Shown piece after piece: positions 19,677 to 30,037 of a stretch of 64,000 bases of DNA (the first letter of the stretch is position 1; every line of letters begins with the position of its first letter). The notes beneath the pieces are model-generated. The model was not told the origin of the DNA and ran no database searches. It saw only the letters and a list, made by a program, of their open reading frames with translations. Origin of the DNA: Nitrosopumilaceae archaeon (GTDB lineage Archaea; Thermoproteota; Nitrososphaeria; Nitrososphaerales; Nitrosopumilaceae); contig OZ242365.1 in assembly GCA_965208905.1 (NCBI GenBank), forward strand, positions 512,001-576,000, written 5' to 3'. A program made the position numbers and the translations under genes.

Positions 19677-20147
19677 GTGGACAGTCATCATAAAATCAAT
19701 TGTACTGTTGATGCACTATATGGTGCTGGCGCCTCGGCATACATCCCCTCAGATATAACAATGACGTATTATCGGACGGGTCGTATTCGTGAGGTGTATC
19801 ATAATGGCACGCTCTTGTGCACTCTGCGTATAGATGGGGGACTTGCCATCACTCTGGACTTTGCGCGTATACTACTGCAGTGTAAGGATTTTGATGAGTA
19901 CTGTATAGAAGTAGACGATGATGCAGCTCCCTTTGTTGCCGAAGGCAAGTCGGTCTTTGCATCACATGTAGTACGATGCGGCAAGTATGTCCGGATATCA
20001 TCAGATGTGCCTATATTGTATAACAATGATGTAATAGCCGTGGGGCGGGCGGTCTTGTCTGAACCAATGATTGCAGGGTCCCGTAGGGGCGTAGTGGTAC
20101 GAGTCAGGGATAGTTTAAAAAGAAGAGGCCGCATATTCTCAACATGA
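19677..20147 (+). CDS. PUA-domain protein (archaeosine TGT C-terminal-like)
   Basis: TGRIR, PFVAEGKSVFASHV, AVGRA, VRVR. Confidence 0.85.
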   Translation: MDSHHKINCTVDALYGAGASAYIPSDITMTYYRTGRIREVYHNGTLLCTLRIDGGLAITLDFARILLQCKDFDEYCIEVDDDAAPFVAEGKSVFASHVVRCGKYVRISSDVPILYNNDVIAVGRAVLSEPMIAGSRRGVVVRVRDSLKRRGRIFST

Positions 20148-20485
20148 TGCGCTCGGGTAATCGCAATATGCGCCGGATGATGAACCGTATGGGTGTCAGT
20201 ATGGATGTCATAGATGATGTTCAGGAAGTCATAATTCGTACTTCCACCAAAGAGATAGTCATACAAAACCCTCAGGTAAACATGGCAGATGCCAAAGATT
20301 CCACGACATTTATTGTGGCTGCCGAAAGTTATGAAGAGCGAGAGTTGGAGGCTCCCGCATACTCAGAAGATGACATCGAGTTGTTGTGTCTGCACGCCAA
20401 TGTGGACCGGGATACAGCTATTTCCGCATTGAAAGATTGTGATGGCGAGGTGGCCACCGCCATGGTGCGCCTAAAATCTGACTAA
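20144..20485 (+). CDS. nac: Nascent polypeptide-associated complex protein
   Basis: RRMMNRMG, V.EVII, EDDIEL, UBA-like C-terminus. Confidence 0.9.
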   Translation: MMRSGNRNMRRMMNRMGVSMDVIDDVQEVIIRTSTKEIVIQNPQVNMADAKDSTTFIVAAESYEERELEAPAYSEDDIELLCLHANVDRDTAISALKDCDGEVATAMVRLKSD

Positions 20486-20649
20486 ATTACGACTTTATGT
20501 ATTATACAATAATGGTATTGCATGGTGTGCTACATGCTGCGTATATCACCCAAGGCAATCAAGCACGCTAGTTGCGCAGACTCATTTGACAGTACGATGC
20601 ATCTGCCACTGTATGATCTGGGGGCTTTAATAGCATTTAATTAACGGAT

Positions 20650-21000
20650 ATGCGAGCGATACAAGTGATGGCGGTTGCAGAGTCGCAGGTGAAGGGCATA
20701 ATCAGTGCTCTAAAGGATTTGGAGACAAGTATTGACTCTTTGGATGCAACCATATCCGAGATGAAGAGAGAGATGTCGTCTCTGGTTCAAAAAGAGATAG
20801 ACAGGCTATACGAAGAGACCCGTGCCATGGCGACGGTGGAGGCTGAGCAGATTGTCGAGGCGGCAAAAAAGTCTGCTGATAAGAAAGCCGCAAAGATAAC
20901 CAAAGATGCCAACGCCAGTCTAGAAAAACTACGTCAGGATATTGATTCTGGTTTCAAGGATGCAGTGGATGTGGCGGTAAATGCCATAATGAAGGCATAA
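20650..21000 (+). CDS. Coiled-coil protein, possibly A/V-type ATPase subunit H/G-like
   Basis: Ala/Glu/Lys-rich helix (EAEQIVEAAKK..KA). Confidence 0.45.
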   Translation: MRAIQVMAVAESQVKGIISALKDLETSIDSLDATISEMKREMSSLVQKEIDRLYEETRAMATVEAEQIVEAAKKSADKKAAKITKDANASLEKLRQDIDSGFKDAVDVAVNAIMKA

Positions 21001-21062
21001 TTCACTAAAAATATTAACACCCATACAATACATGTATCATCAACGCAATAGAGAGATATCGT

Positions 21063-21659
21063 ATGGGAGTAGCAACGGCTCAAGGTAGGCCCTATTACTT
21101 ATTTACTCGCTGGTTGAGAGGTTTAAATATAAAATTCGATGTGCTAAAGCCCGACGAGATACCAAACTATACCGGTGATGTTATACTCACCACCAGAGAG
21201 GAGTTCCCATCAAAGAGCGATAAAATACTCTTGTATGACGATGAGATGAAGCATGGCTCCACCATCACTTTGGTGTTGTTACTACAAAGGTGCGGCATAA
21301 CAGGTGATGATTTGATAGTGGGTATAGACCCGGGCAGGCGCATAGGCCTGTCTGTCTTTTATGGCAGTGTAGAGATAGATAGACAGTTGTTCATATCCAT
21401 AGAGAGAATGTCATCGCACATACGTCACATATTCAAGTACATCAAGTCTACAAGGCATCTGATACGTATAGGTGATGGTGATATGACTACAGCATGGAGA
21501 ATATGTAGAATGTTGGATGTCATCGATACGCCGTATAGTCTTGAGTTTGTCAATGAATCCGGAACCAGTCCTAGAACCAGACACTGCAACAGTAGAGGTA
21601 AACAAGACATGTTGGCAGCAAGAGCCATAGCCCAGAGAGATCCGTGGGTGATGGCATAA
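21063..21659 (+). CDS. Conserved archaeal protein with RNase H-like domain
   Basis: [24 protein letters not shown]. Confidence 0.7.
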   Translation: MGVATAQGRPYYLFTRWLRGLNIKFDVLKPDEIPNYTGDVILTTREEFPSKSDKILLYDDEMKHGSTITLVLLLQRCGITGDDLIVGIDPGRRIGLSVFYGSVEIDRQLFISIERMSSHIRHIFKYIKSTRHLIRIGDGDMTTAWRICRMLDVIDTPYSLEFVNESGTSPRTRHCNSRGKQDMLAARAIAQRDPWVMA

Positions 21660-22726
21660 TAGACTCGGCCATACTGATTACCTATGATCGTCGTGATGCC
21701 ACTGATGAGGCAGTGGCATTGTGTGAGGCGGCCGGCTATACAATATCACATATAATAAAACAAAAATTTCTGAACCGACCAAAGTATGGTATTAGTGAAG
21801 ATATGCTGTTCAAATTAAAAGATCTGGCAAATACGTTAAATCCTGACGTTATCATATATGATGAGGTTCTCAGGCCCAGCCAAAACTACAATTTGGCATC
21901 AAGATTACATAGAAACGTACTGGACCGGGAGACGCTCATACTAGAGATATTTGAGCGGAGGGCGTCTAGTGCCGAATCACGCCTGCAGGTAAAGATGGCT
22001 CAGATGCGGTATGAATCCAATCGCGCTCGTGAGAAGGTTCGTCTGGCAAGGGCAGGAGAGCAACCTGGTTTTATGGGCATAGGCAAGTTTGAGGTGGATG
22101 TATACTACAATGACATACAACATAGAATGAACTCTGTGCGGCACAAGTTGGAGAAGGCCGGCAGACAGAGAAGACTTCACCGTCAGGGTCGAATACGAAT
22201 GGGGCTAAAGACAGTCTCACTGGCAGGTTACACCTCGGCGGGCAAGACTACTCTCTTTAATATTTTGACCGGTGAGAATAACAAGAGTAGTGATGTCTTG
22301 TTTACAACCCTGTCGACGACCACTAGGCGTTTTTATGCCAACAACGAGCCGTTCCTGCTATCCGACACTGTGGGTTTCATAAGCAAACTACCTGCCTACA
22401 TGATTGATGCATTCAGGTCCACACTTGAAGAGATGATTCACGCTGATGTGACGATAGTGGTACTAGATGCGGGCGATACTGAGGTTAACCTACTGCGCAA
22501 GTATCGCAGCTGTATGAGTACGCTGAATCGTTTGGGTGTGGAAGGTCATCGCTTGGTCTTTGCGCTAAATAAGTCTGATACAGTAACAGAGTCTGAGATG
22601 GCCTCTAGAGTTGATCGTCTAAATATACAGGACAAGAGGTGGGCGGCCGTATCTGCCCTTACTGGCCAAGACGTAGAGTCGTTACGTGAATTAATATTTG
22701 CAGCAGCTGGTACAAAATCAGTATAA
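21644..22726 (+). CDS. hflX: GTPase HflX
   Basis: [38 protein letters not shown]. Confidence 0.95.
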   Translation: MGDGIIDSAILITYDRRDATDEAVALCEAAGYTISHIIKQKFLNRPKYGISEDMLFKLKDLANTLNPDVIIYDEVLRPSQNYNLASRLHRNVLDRETLILEIFERRASSAESRLQVKMAQMRYESNRAREKVRLARAGEQPGFMGIGKFEVDVYYNDIQHRMNSVRHKLEKAGRQRRLHRQGRIRMGLKTVSLAGYTSAGKTTLFNILTGENNKSSDVLFTTLSTTTRRFYANNEPFLLSDTVGFISKLPAYMIDAFRSTLEEMIHADVTIVVLDAGDTEVNLLRKYRSCMSTLNRLGVEGHRLVFALNKSDTVTESEMASRVDRLNIQDKRWAAVSALTGQDVESLRELIFAAAGTKSV

Positions 22727-23247
22727 TGACGATAGAGGTGGTCCGTATAGGCCAGAGGTTGGTACGAGATGATCGTGTAACTACGCATGCAGCATTGGTC
22801 TCAAGAGCGTTTGGAGCTTCACGCATATACATGAATGAGACCAACTCAGAGATACTACAGGTTATAGACGGCATGAACAAGAGTTGGGGCGGTTCCTTTG
22901 AGGTGGCTCTAGAGGATAATTTAAAGGACATAATCAGACAGAAGAAGGACTCGGGTTACATGATAGTACACTTGACCATGTACGGGTATGCACTACATGA
23001 TTACCTGAAATTTAACACCGTACCAGAGAAGATACTGATTGTTATAGGTGCTAGCAAGGTTCCGCGGGAGATATACAGTATGGCCGACTACAATGTGTCA
23101 GTGGGGCTGCAACCACACTCGGAGATTGCAGCCTTGGCGGTATTTTTAGATCGCATACAGTGTGGAGAGCAATTCAAGAGGGAGTTTCCTGGAGCCAGTA
23201 AACGCATAATTCCCAGCCGAACGGGCAAATGTGTAAGTGATTTATAG
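22726..23247 (+). CDS. trm56: tRNA (cytidine-56-2'-O)-methyltransferase
   Basis: RDDRVTTHAALVSRAFGA, VHLTMYG, QPHSEIAAL. Confidence 0.93.
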   Translation: MTIEVVRIGQRLVRDDRVTTHAALVSRAFGASRIYMNETNSEILQVIDGMNKSWGGSFEVALEDNLKDIIRQKKDSGYMIVHLTMYGYALHDYLKFNTVPEKILIVIGASKVPREIYSMADYNVSVGLQPHSEIAALAVFLDRIQCGEQFKREFPGASKRIIPSRTGKCVSDL

Positions 23248-23267
23248 CGGAAGATAGATTATATATT

Positions 23268-23783
23268 GTGATTCAAAAGTATGACGATCCATTCATTAGA
23301 ATATCCGCCATGATTGGGGGCGATGAATACCAAAAGGTAGCTCGCTCGCTTCTAAAGACTGAAGATGCAACAGATGAAGAGATTGCTAGCTCTACTGGAC
23401 TTCGAATAAACATAGTGCGTAAAGTCCTCTATGGACTGTTTGGTAAGTCGCTGATTACTGCCGTCCGTGTCAAGGATGAGAGGAAGGGTTGGTTTGTATA
23501 CAGATGGCGAACCCGACGCAACGAGGCAGAGTTATTCATAGAGAATCAGAAACGACAGGTGATGGAACGTCTACAACAACGTCTTGACTTTGAAAACTCT
23601 ACTCAGTTCTATCATTGCGGTAATGAGGACTGTCCTCGGGCCACCTTTGAAGAGACTTTGGGCGATATGTTCAAGTGCTCAAACTGTGGTGGTGTCATGA
23701 ATCCTAAAAACAATGATCGTATAAAGAAAGCCCTCAAAAAGAAGATAGACGTAATAGAGGCAGATATGCAGCAGACGTTCTAG
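23268..23783 (+). CDS. tfe: Transcription factor E alpha
   Basis: TDEEIA, VRKVLY, GWFVYRW, Zn ribbon FKCSNCG. Confidence 0.93.
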   Translation: MIQKYDDPFIRISAMIGGDEYQKVARSLLKTEDATDEEIASSTGLRINIVRKVLYGLFGKSLITAVRVKDERKGWFVYRWRTRRNEAELFIENQKRQVMERLQQRLDFENSTQFYHCGNEDCPRATFEETLGDMFKCSNCGGVMNPKNNDRIKKALKKKIDVIEADMQQTF

Positions 23784-24514
23784 ACTCTAAAGGGGTTTTT
23801 ATCATGAGGGTTTCTCTTGCCAAGTCTATTCATATCATCCAAACATAGTTGGTGAAATACAGTACAGCCGTTATGTTTGGCATCAGATATTATCCTAGAG
23901 ATATCATCATCCAGTAGTCCTTGCGCAGCCAAGAATGACTCATCGTCCAGCCCCAATGATTTATACGCATCAGTCCGGGCGGTAACGGCCTCTGAAAGGG
24001 AGGGATTTACAAGTAGCGCCTCATCATACCAGTGTATGGACTCTTGAAGTTTGCTCTGTCGGCGGAATATTAGTGCCATGTTCAGTAGTGCAGTCACATT
24101 ACGAGGGTCCTGTTTTAGTGCACGCTCAAAGTATTGTATGGCATCTTTGTATTCATCCAGCTCAGCGGATGCCAACCCCGCGCTGTTCAAGGCCCATGTA
24201 TCTGTGTTGTCCATATCCAATAATGTATTGCAACACTCCAGAACATCATCATATCGGTGGAGATTCTCCAGTGCGTATATTTTGTTGTGTAGGGCATATG
24301 CATCAGTATGATCACGCTTCAAGACCTCATCGCAGTATTGTATGGTTTTGGTGAACTCTTCTAAGTTTAGGCATGCCAGTGATATGTTTTGTAACGCCAG
24401 TATATCTGTGGGGTCTTTACTGAGTAGTGCTTGGCAGTAATGGTACAACTCCTCAAATCTCTTTGCGTTGTACAGTCGATTTATTACGTTGGATGGCTCC
24501 AATACATCTGACAT
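23780..24514 (-). CDS. Tetratricopeptide repeat protein
   Basis: Several TPR-like 34-aa repeats (AIQYFERALKQDP). Confidence 0.85.
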   Translation of the reverse strand: MSDVLEPSNVINRLYNAKRFEELYHYCQALLSKDPTDILALQNISLACLNLEEFTKTIQYCDEVLKRDHTDAYALHNKIYALENLHRYDDVLECCNTLLDMDNTDTWALNSAGLASAELDEYKDAIQYFERALKQDPRNVTALLNMALIFRRQSKLQESIHWYDEALLVNPSLSEAVTARTDAYKSLGLDDESFLAAQGLLDDDISRIISDAKHNGCTVFHQLCLDDMNRLGKRNPHDKNPFRV

Positions 24515-24540
24515 ATTGTGTTATGTTTGGTGGGCTGAAT

Positions 24541-25407
24541 TTAATTTTTGGATTCGGTTGCATTCAATACTGCGAGGGCCTGTTTGTAGTGTACCTCATC
24601 AATCATCCTGCCATCCAAAGTGGTAGCACCCTTTCCTGACTGTAATGTATGCTCGTACGTATCACAGACGCGCCGCGCCCAGTCCATCTCCGATGGTGTG
24701 GGGGCAAACAGGGTGTGTGTCGTGTCAATCTGCGCAGGGTGAATTAGTGACTTGCCAGAGTATCCCAAGCTACGGCCAAATTTGCAGTCGGCCTCAAAGC
24801 CCTCAACATCATGTATGTCCTGCCATATGCCGTCTATTGCCGCCACACCTGCTGCTGTAGCATCAACTGGTACCTTGGAGCGAGAGTAGATGGCGGTCTC
24901 TGTACTCTTTGTGTACTCAACGCCCATATCGTTTAGTAGGTCGAATATTCCAAACACTACGCTGCATACACGTTCACTGCACGCAATATCATGTGTATTC
25001 AGGACGCCAGCTGCCGACTCTATGGAGGGTAGCATCAGAGTCTTGCATCCCGCAGGCTCCAACTCTTTTGTTAAATCCAGTACTCTGTGCAGGTCTTTGG
25101 TGTCGTTCACTTTTGGAATTACAACTCCATCAGGGGGCGTTCCCTTCATTATATATTTGAGATCATCAATGTACAGACTTGTATTTGGGTTGTTTATTCG
25201 TACAAATACAGAGTTTGATCTGTCTTTGGACAACAAATCTGAGATTAGACGTCGGGCCTCGGACTTTTGGTTTAATGGAACAGAGTCCTCCAAGTCCAAA
25301 CATATTATGTCTGCATGTAGCATGAGAGATTTTGCAAGGAATTTAGGGTTATTTCCTGGTACAAAAATAAGACTACGAAAGAGATTTGGCATGGATTGAT
25401 TAAGCAC
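24541..25407 (-). CDS. HpcH/HpaI aldolase-citrate lyase beta (CitE-like) family protein
   Basis: RSLIFVPG, DLEDSV, VRIN, IESA, GKSLIHPAQI, GRMID. Confidence 0.9.
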   Translation of the reverse strand: MLNQSMPNLFRSLIFVPGNNPKFLAKSLMLHADIICLDLEDSVPLNQKSEARRLISDLLSKDRSNSVFVRINNPNTSLYIDDLKYIMKGTPPDGVVIPKVNDTKDLHRVLDLTKELEPAGCKTLMLPSIESAAGVLNTHDIACSERVCSVVFGIFDLLNDMGVEYTKSTETAIYSRSKVPVDATAAGVAAIDGIWQDIHDVEGFEADCKFGRSLGYSGKSLIHPAQIDTTHTLFAPTPSEMDWARRVCDTYEHTLQSGKGATTLDGRMIDEVHYKQALAVLNATESKN

Positions 25408-26479
25408 CCTCAGGTTTTAACAGTATCTTGCCAAACATACCTTTACCATTCAGCATTTTAGTGTGTGCCTCTGCGGCTTGCTCAAAGCTATACACAGAGT
25501 CAATGACAGACTTTATCTTGCCACGACCCATCCAAAAGAGTCCTTGCTCCAGCTCGGCTTTGGTTCCCTGTGTAGCACCTAGTATGTTTGTACCTTTGAA
25601 GAATATGTGACGTAGGTCGGTATGCGCATCGTAGCCGGTAGTGGCTCCGCACGATACCAAGGTGGCTCCGTACTTTAGCAGAGTGAGTTGTTTGTTCCAG
25701 TGGGTCTGTCCTATGTGATCAAATGAGAGATCAATTCCCGGCAGTGTACCCTTCTTTTTAGCTATCTCTTTACTAATGGCGCGTACCTCTTTATGCCAGT
25801 CATCCTTACGGTGATCCACTGCATAATCTGCTCCCAACGCCGTTAGTTGATCTAGTTTGTCTGGGCTGGCAGTAGCAATAACATCACAGTTGTATAGTTT
25901 TGCTATCTGAATTCCAAAGGAACCAACTCCGGATCCACCACCCATTATCAGAACGGTCTGGCCTGGAGTTATATTTGCTCGACCCACCAACATGTGCCAA
26001 GCCGTAAGGATTGTCATTGAGGCGGCGGCAGCGTCATCATATGAGACGCCTTCGGGTATCTTTGTAACGTTCACCTCAGGAAGATGTATGAGTTCGGCAT
26101 ATGCACCCCATACGGGACCGGTCTGGAAACCCCATATGGTCCTGCTGGAGCAGTCAAACTCTCTTCCGCTAGTACACTCTTGACACACTCGGCAAGTCAT
26201 ATTGGCATGGGAGACTACTCGATCTCCTACCTTGATGCGTTTTACATCCTCACCAACGGCAACCACATCACCAGCGGCATCTGAGCCAGATACATGGGGT
26301 AGTTTGACAGGTACGGGTGCTCCTCTCATACCCCAAATATCGTTGTAGTTTAGCGCCGCAGTTTTTAACTTAAAGATTACCTCATCAGGCTTTGGCTTTG
26401 GATCATCGAGATCTTCCACATTCAGTATTTTAGAGTAGTTATCATCAGGGGCGTATTCATGGTATACAACAGCTTTCAT
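25400..26479 (-). CDS. Zinc-binding alcohol dehydrogenase/quinone reductase family protein
   Basis: CRVCQEC...C Zn site, GGGSGVG, GKILL. Confidence 0.9.
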   Translation of the reverse strand: MKAVVYHEYAPDDNYSKILNVEDLDDPKPKPDEVIFKLKTAALNYNDIWGMRGAPVPVKLPHVSGSDAAGDVVAVGEDVKRIKVGDRVVSHANMTCRVCQECTSGREFDCSSRTIWGFQTGPVWGAYAELIHLPEVNVTKIPEGVSYDDAAAASMTILTAWHMLVGRANITPGQTVLIMGGGSGVGSFGIQIAKLYNCDVIATASPDKLDQLTALGADYAVDHRKDDWHKEVRAISKEIAKKKGTLPGIDLSFDHIGQTHWNKQLTLLKYGATLVSCGATTGYDAHTDLRHIFFKGTNILGATQGTKAELEQGLFWMGRGKIKSVIDSVYSFEQAAEAHTKMLNGKGMFGKILLKPEGA

Positions 26480-26539
26480 TAAGATGATTCTATACTACCC
26501 TTAATTATAGGTAGTGAGAATTTCCACCTAAAATCATTA

Positions 26540-27973
26540 TCATATAAAGTGTATATCCTGATGTATGTCATGTATGGCTCGTATGGCCTTGGGCAGATTA
26601 CTCTTAAAGTCTTCAATGATGATTATTATTCTTGAGGTCTCTTCCTGCGCATCCATGTTCAATATGTTGATGCCGGCCTCTCCCACTTGGAAGGCAATCT
26701 TGGATACTACATGTTGTACACGCCACATATCATCCCCAATCAGTGTGATTGCTCCTCGATTATACACTATGGTAGCGGTGGGATCAAACTTTAACAGGTA
26801 CTCTTCGTTTCGTCTAACATAGTTACCATCGCTGAATAATATTCGGGAGAACCACATGTTGTTCTTGGTGTATGGTGAGAGTGGTACGAACTCGTTGTAC
26901 CTCTTTACCTGTTCTAGTGAGTTTTGTAGATCTAAAAATTTACTGGACCTTAATCTCAGAATCGCACAGTTTCCCAGACCTGTGACTATCTTTATTGGAT
27001 GATTGTCATCGTTGTTCACGCTTCGTTGAATTATGGTGGTGTGGGATGAGTCTTGCATGTCGGTGATTTGGAGTGGTACGTAGACGTCATTATCCAGTAT
27101 ATCTTTGATGGCCATGGTGTCTAAAATCTTCATTCCAAACATTCCAGCCATTCTAGCCTCGTTGTACGAGAGATACTTTACTTCAAGCAATCCTGACTTT
27201 ACCATTTTGGGATCTGCAGATGCCACGGCTCGGTTCTTCTCCCAGACTATGCGGACATTATAATATCTTTGAAGTAAGATTCCCATATCAGCAGCAGTCC
27301 GGTCAGTACCACCTCGTTCATAAGTACTCATCTTTCCGGTCAGCGTCTTTCCAATAAATCCACCCATACATGTCACATCATACTCTTTGATTATGTCCAA
27401 TGTAGGTTGTAGTTGTTTCTTGGACTCGGCCGCTAAAAAGTTCGTATACTCGTAGGCTTCAGATGTAATTATGGGCCACTTCTCATATGGCACAAATGAT
27501 GACTTTATATCGTTACTCTGAAGTATGTAATTCATGACACAACTCATCAATAGTTCGCCCGAATAGCCCAATGCCTGGGCACGGTTGATGTCACTAAATT
27601 TACGTTCGTTGTAAGACCTTTCAAGTGCGTCTTGACATCTGGATAGAAAGGTTTTGATGGTATCTTGACACTCTTGGCGCAGACTCTCATCGACCATGAG
27701 GGATATATCATCGTATAACTTTCGTACAGGCTCCAAGTCTGGCGGTATGCCCCGTTCTGCATTGTAGCCCACCCACATTACCACATCGGTTATAGAGCGG
27801 CTCTCTCCCCGCTCCAAGACTAGAGGGGCAGAGAAGACTGCCATTACTTTGGAGTCAACAGATAGTTGTTTTATATTTTTTATTATATTTGGTATGTACT
27901 TGCCGCCATCACCAATTGTACTACCACCGTACTTGGCTACAACCAAATCCATAATTATACCCATACAGACCAT
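26540..27973 (-). CDS. lysC: Aspartate kinase
   Basis: VAKYGGS, SGE, GGFIG, RGGTD, SADP, LSYNEA, FGMKIL; ACT-like C-terminus; start at 27973 or 27952. Confidence 0.85.
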   Translation of the reverse strand: MVCMGIIMDLVVAKYGGSTIGDGGKYIPNIIKNIKQLSVDSKVMAVFSAPLVLERGESRSITDVVMWVGYNAERGIPPDLEPVRKLYDDISLMVDESLRQECQDTIKTFLSRCQDALERSYNERKFSDINRAQALGYSGELLMSCVMNYILQSNDIKSSFVPYEKWPIITSEAYEYTNFLAAESKKQLQPTLDIIKEYDVTCMGGFIGKTLTGKMSTYERGGTDRTAADMGILLQRYYNVRIVWEKNRAVASADPKMVKSGLLEVKYLSYNEARMAGMFGMKILDTMAIKDILDNDVYVPLQITDMQDSSHTTIIQRSVNNDDNHPIKIVTGLGNCAILRLRSSKFLDLQNSLEQVKRYNEFVPLSPYTKNNMWFSRILFSDGNYVRRNEEYLLKFDPTATIVYNRGAITLIGDDMWRVQHVVSKIAFQVGEAGINILNMDAQEETSRIIIIIEDFKSNLPKAIRAIHDIHQDIHFI

Positions 27974-27995
27974 TAAATTAAATATTGGGATATAA

Positions 27996-28350
27996 GGTTC
28001 CTCCCGCAAGGACGGATACTATGTGTCACATCTCAACTATCTTTTTAAACATGTAAACCGTACTGTACGCTAATGGTACTACGCACATACACATTCGGCG
28101 TTATATTCCGTAAAGGGTTCAAGAAGGAGATGTTGGCCAGACAGGCCAGCATGGACAGGTACGTGTATAACAAACTAGTGGAAACCTTCAAGGAAGAATA
28201 TCGTAGAACAGGTAGAGTAAATGCGACGCAGGGTACCCTGAGAAACGTCAAGCACAGACCGGGGAACGAGATGCTCTATGCACCGTCGTCCTCTGGCGTG
28301 ACGTGTGATGTATTGTGGATGCGGGAACCCCCGTGCTTGCAGTAGGAACC
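27996..28350 (+). mobile_element. MITE-like internally deleted tnpB element with IS6-like TIRs (element C)
   Basis: TIR GGTTCCTCCCGCAAGGACGG vs reverse complement GGTTCCTACTGCAAGCACGG (17/20); TSD GGATATAA (27988-95) / GGATATGA (28351-58). Confidence 0.85.
28073..28345 (+). pseudogene. tnpB: TnpB N-terminal fragment fused to a 3'-end remnant
   Basis: MVLRTYTFGV...LARQASMDRYVYNKLV matches the TnpB N-terminus (RYVYN/RFVYN in elements A and B); no RuvC domain. Confidence 0.75.
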
Positions 28351-29340
28351 GGATATGAGTTGGGCTGCCTTCCCAGCCCCTGATGGAGTAGTGTTATGTG
28401 GACGGGGTTGCCGTAGTTTCTCTAGTACCAAATCATGTATATTATGAATATCTGCATGCGTGTAGCCAAATTGTTCTGCATTATCTTCTTGCTCAAAGTG
28501 ACCCGATATGGGTATGAATATACCTGGCGTGCCGTATGAGGTGGCTTCATCCATTGTGGATCGGCCAGCCAGAGACACTACTACATCTGCAGCATATATC
28601 ATCTGGTGTAGATTGGTAGTTGAATCTCCCAAGATGGGACCTCCTACAAATATTGTATCGGCTACATCTGTAATATCTGCTGCAACGGGTCTCATGGCAT
28701 CCAGAAGAAACTTGCCCGCCTCTGTACCGCCCACAGTGACCAAGACCGTCTTTCTACGCATATTGTACTTTTGCCGTAGGTACTCTCTAGGGTGGTGTAT
28801 CTGCCTCACTATTGGACCCACATTGTGGATGTTTTTATGATCAGATGTAATATTTGGTGTTATTACAGCGTCGCATTCGAGTATCATATCTGTCATTTTG
28901 TGATTTAGTCTTCTCTCCACCATGCCGGATATGCCTTTTGTAAAGCGGCTCTGTAGTACGTCGGTGATCAACACTTTACATCCTGTGTACATGGCCAGCG
29001 CTGCAAAGTCTTCATCTGATACTATCATCTTGGGATTGTATCGTTTGATCAAATCCAAGGATATACGGCGACACCTATAGTGATATTTCATGTAGCGAAT
29101 AAGCCATATGGTTTTGTGCCGCAGATGACCCGATACTATATCGAATTTAGGTGGCGTATACACATCAAGAACTGTATGGCCACATTTTGATAAAAAACTG
29201 GCAGCAACACCCCCGCTTACAAATATCACATCCACATCCTTGCGCAGCTGCTCGGCTATGGCCGAATCTCTACTGGCATGTCCCAATCCTATGGGACTGG
29301 TAAAGAATAGAATGGTTGTGTTATGTTTTGTACCCGCCAT
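28276..29340 (-). CDS. GT-B glycosyltransferase (MurG/GT28-like); C-terminus altered by element C
   Basis: GLGHASR, VTVGG, AGRST..EA...G.P, HFEQEDNA. Confidence 0.85.
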   Translation of the reverse strand: MAGTKHNTTILFFTSPIGLGHASRDSAIAEQLRKDVDVIFVSGGVAASFLSKCGHTVLDVYTPPKFDIVSGHLRHKTIWLIRYMKYHYRCRRISLDLIKRYNPKMIVSDEDFAALAMYTGCKVLITDVLQSRFTKGISGMVERRLNHKMTDMILECDAVITPNITSDHKNIHNVGPIVRQIHHPREYLRQKYNMRRKTVLVTVGGTEAGKFLLDAMRPVAADITDVADTIFVGGPILGDSTTNLHQMIYAADVVVSLAGRSTMDEATSYGTPGIFIPISGHFEQEDNAEQFGYTHADIHNIHDLVLEKLRQPRPHNTTPSGAGKAAQLISGSYCKHGGSRIHNTSHVTPEDDGA

Positions 29341-29378
29341 GCACCATAGTATATAGAAGCCATATTGACTATTATACA

Positions 29379-29981
29379 ATGTTGTTCACTGGTATAATTC
29401 AAGGAATCGGAAGGGTGCAGAGCATATCGCCCAGCGACAGACGTAGTGTGTTATGTATGGACATTGATCTGGGTGGTTGCGCAGAGGGTCTAGAGCAAGG
29501 CCACAGTGTGGCCATAAATGGTGTCTGTCTAACAGTTGTGGACATCCATGATACGCGTTGTACATTTGAGATGATACAAGAGACCGTGCAGACTACAGGG
29601 TTAAGATCGTTAAAAGCTGGCGACAGCGTCAATATAGAGCGAAGCCTTCGCGTGGGCGATAAGATAGAGGGACATTTTGTGTTGGGACATGTGGATGGAA
29701 CCGGTGTAATAGATGAGATTCAAGAACGCCCCGGCGAGGTCAGTATCAAGATTCGCGTACCAGAAACACTATCAAAGTATATAGTCAAGAAAGGGTCCAT
29801 AGCAATCGACGGTACAAGTTTGACCATTACGGATATACAAGACAATATGATACAGATATCATTAATACCACATACCATGGAGGTCACAAACTTTGGTACG
29901 CGCCAAGCAGGAGACATCATCAATATAGAGACGGACATACTGGGCAAATACGTTCTAAAGGAAGATAATATACAAGTATAA
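29379..29981 (+). CDS. ribE: Riboflavin synthase (alpha-chain type)
   Basis: LFTGII, SVAINGVCLT, GHFVLGHVD, GSIAIDGTSLT. Confidence 0.95.
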   Translation: MLFTGIIQGIGRVQSISPSDRRSVLCMDIDLGGCAEGLEQGHSVAINGVCLTVVDIHDTRCTFEMIQETVQTTGLRSLKAGDSVNIERSLRVGDKIEGHFVLGHVDGTGVIDEIQERPGEVSIKIRVPETLSKYIVKKGSIAIDGTSLTITDIQDNMIQISLIPHTMEVTNFGTRQAGDIINIETDILGKYVLKEDNIQV

Positions 29982-30037
29982 TTGTACTTACCAAAAAATA
30001 TGTAAACTTTATAACATCATGACATATAGAAGAGACC

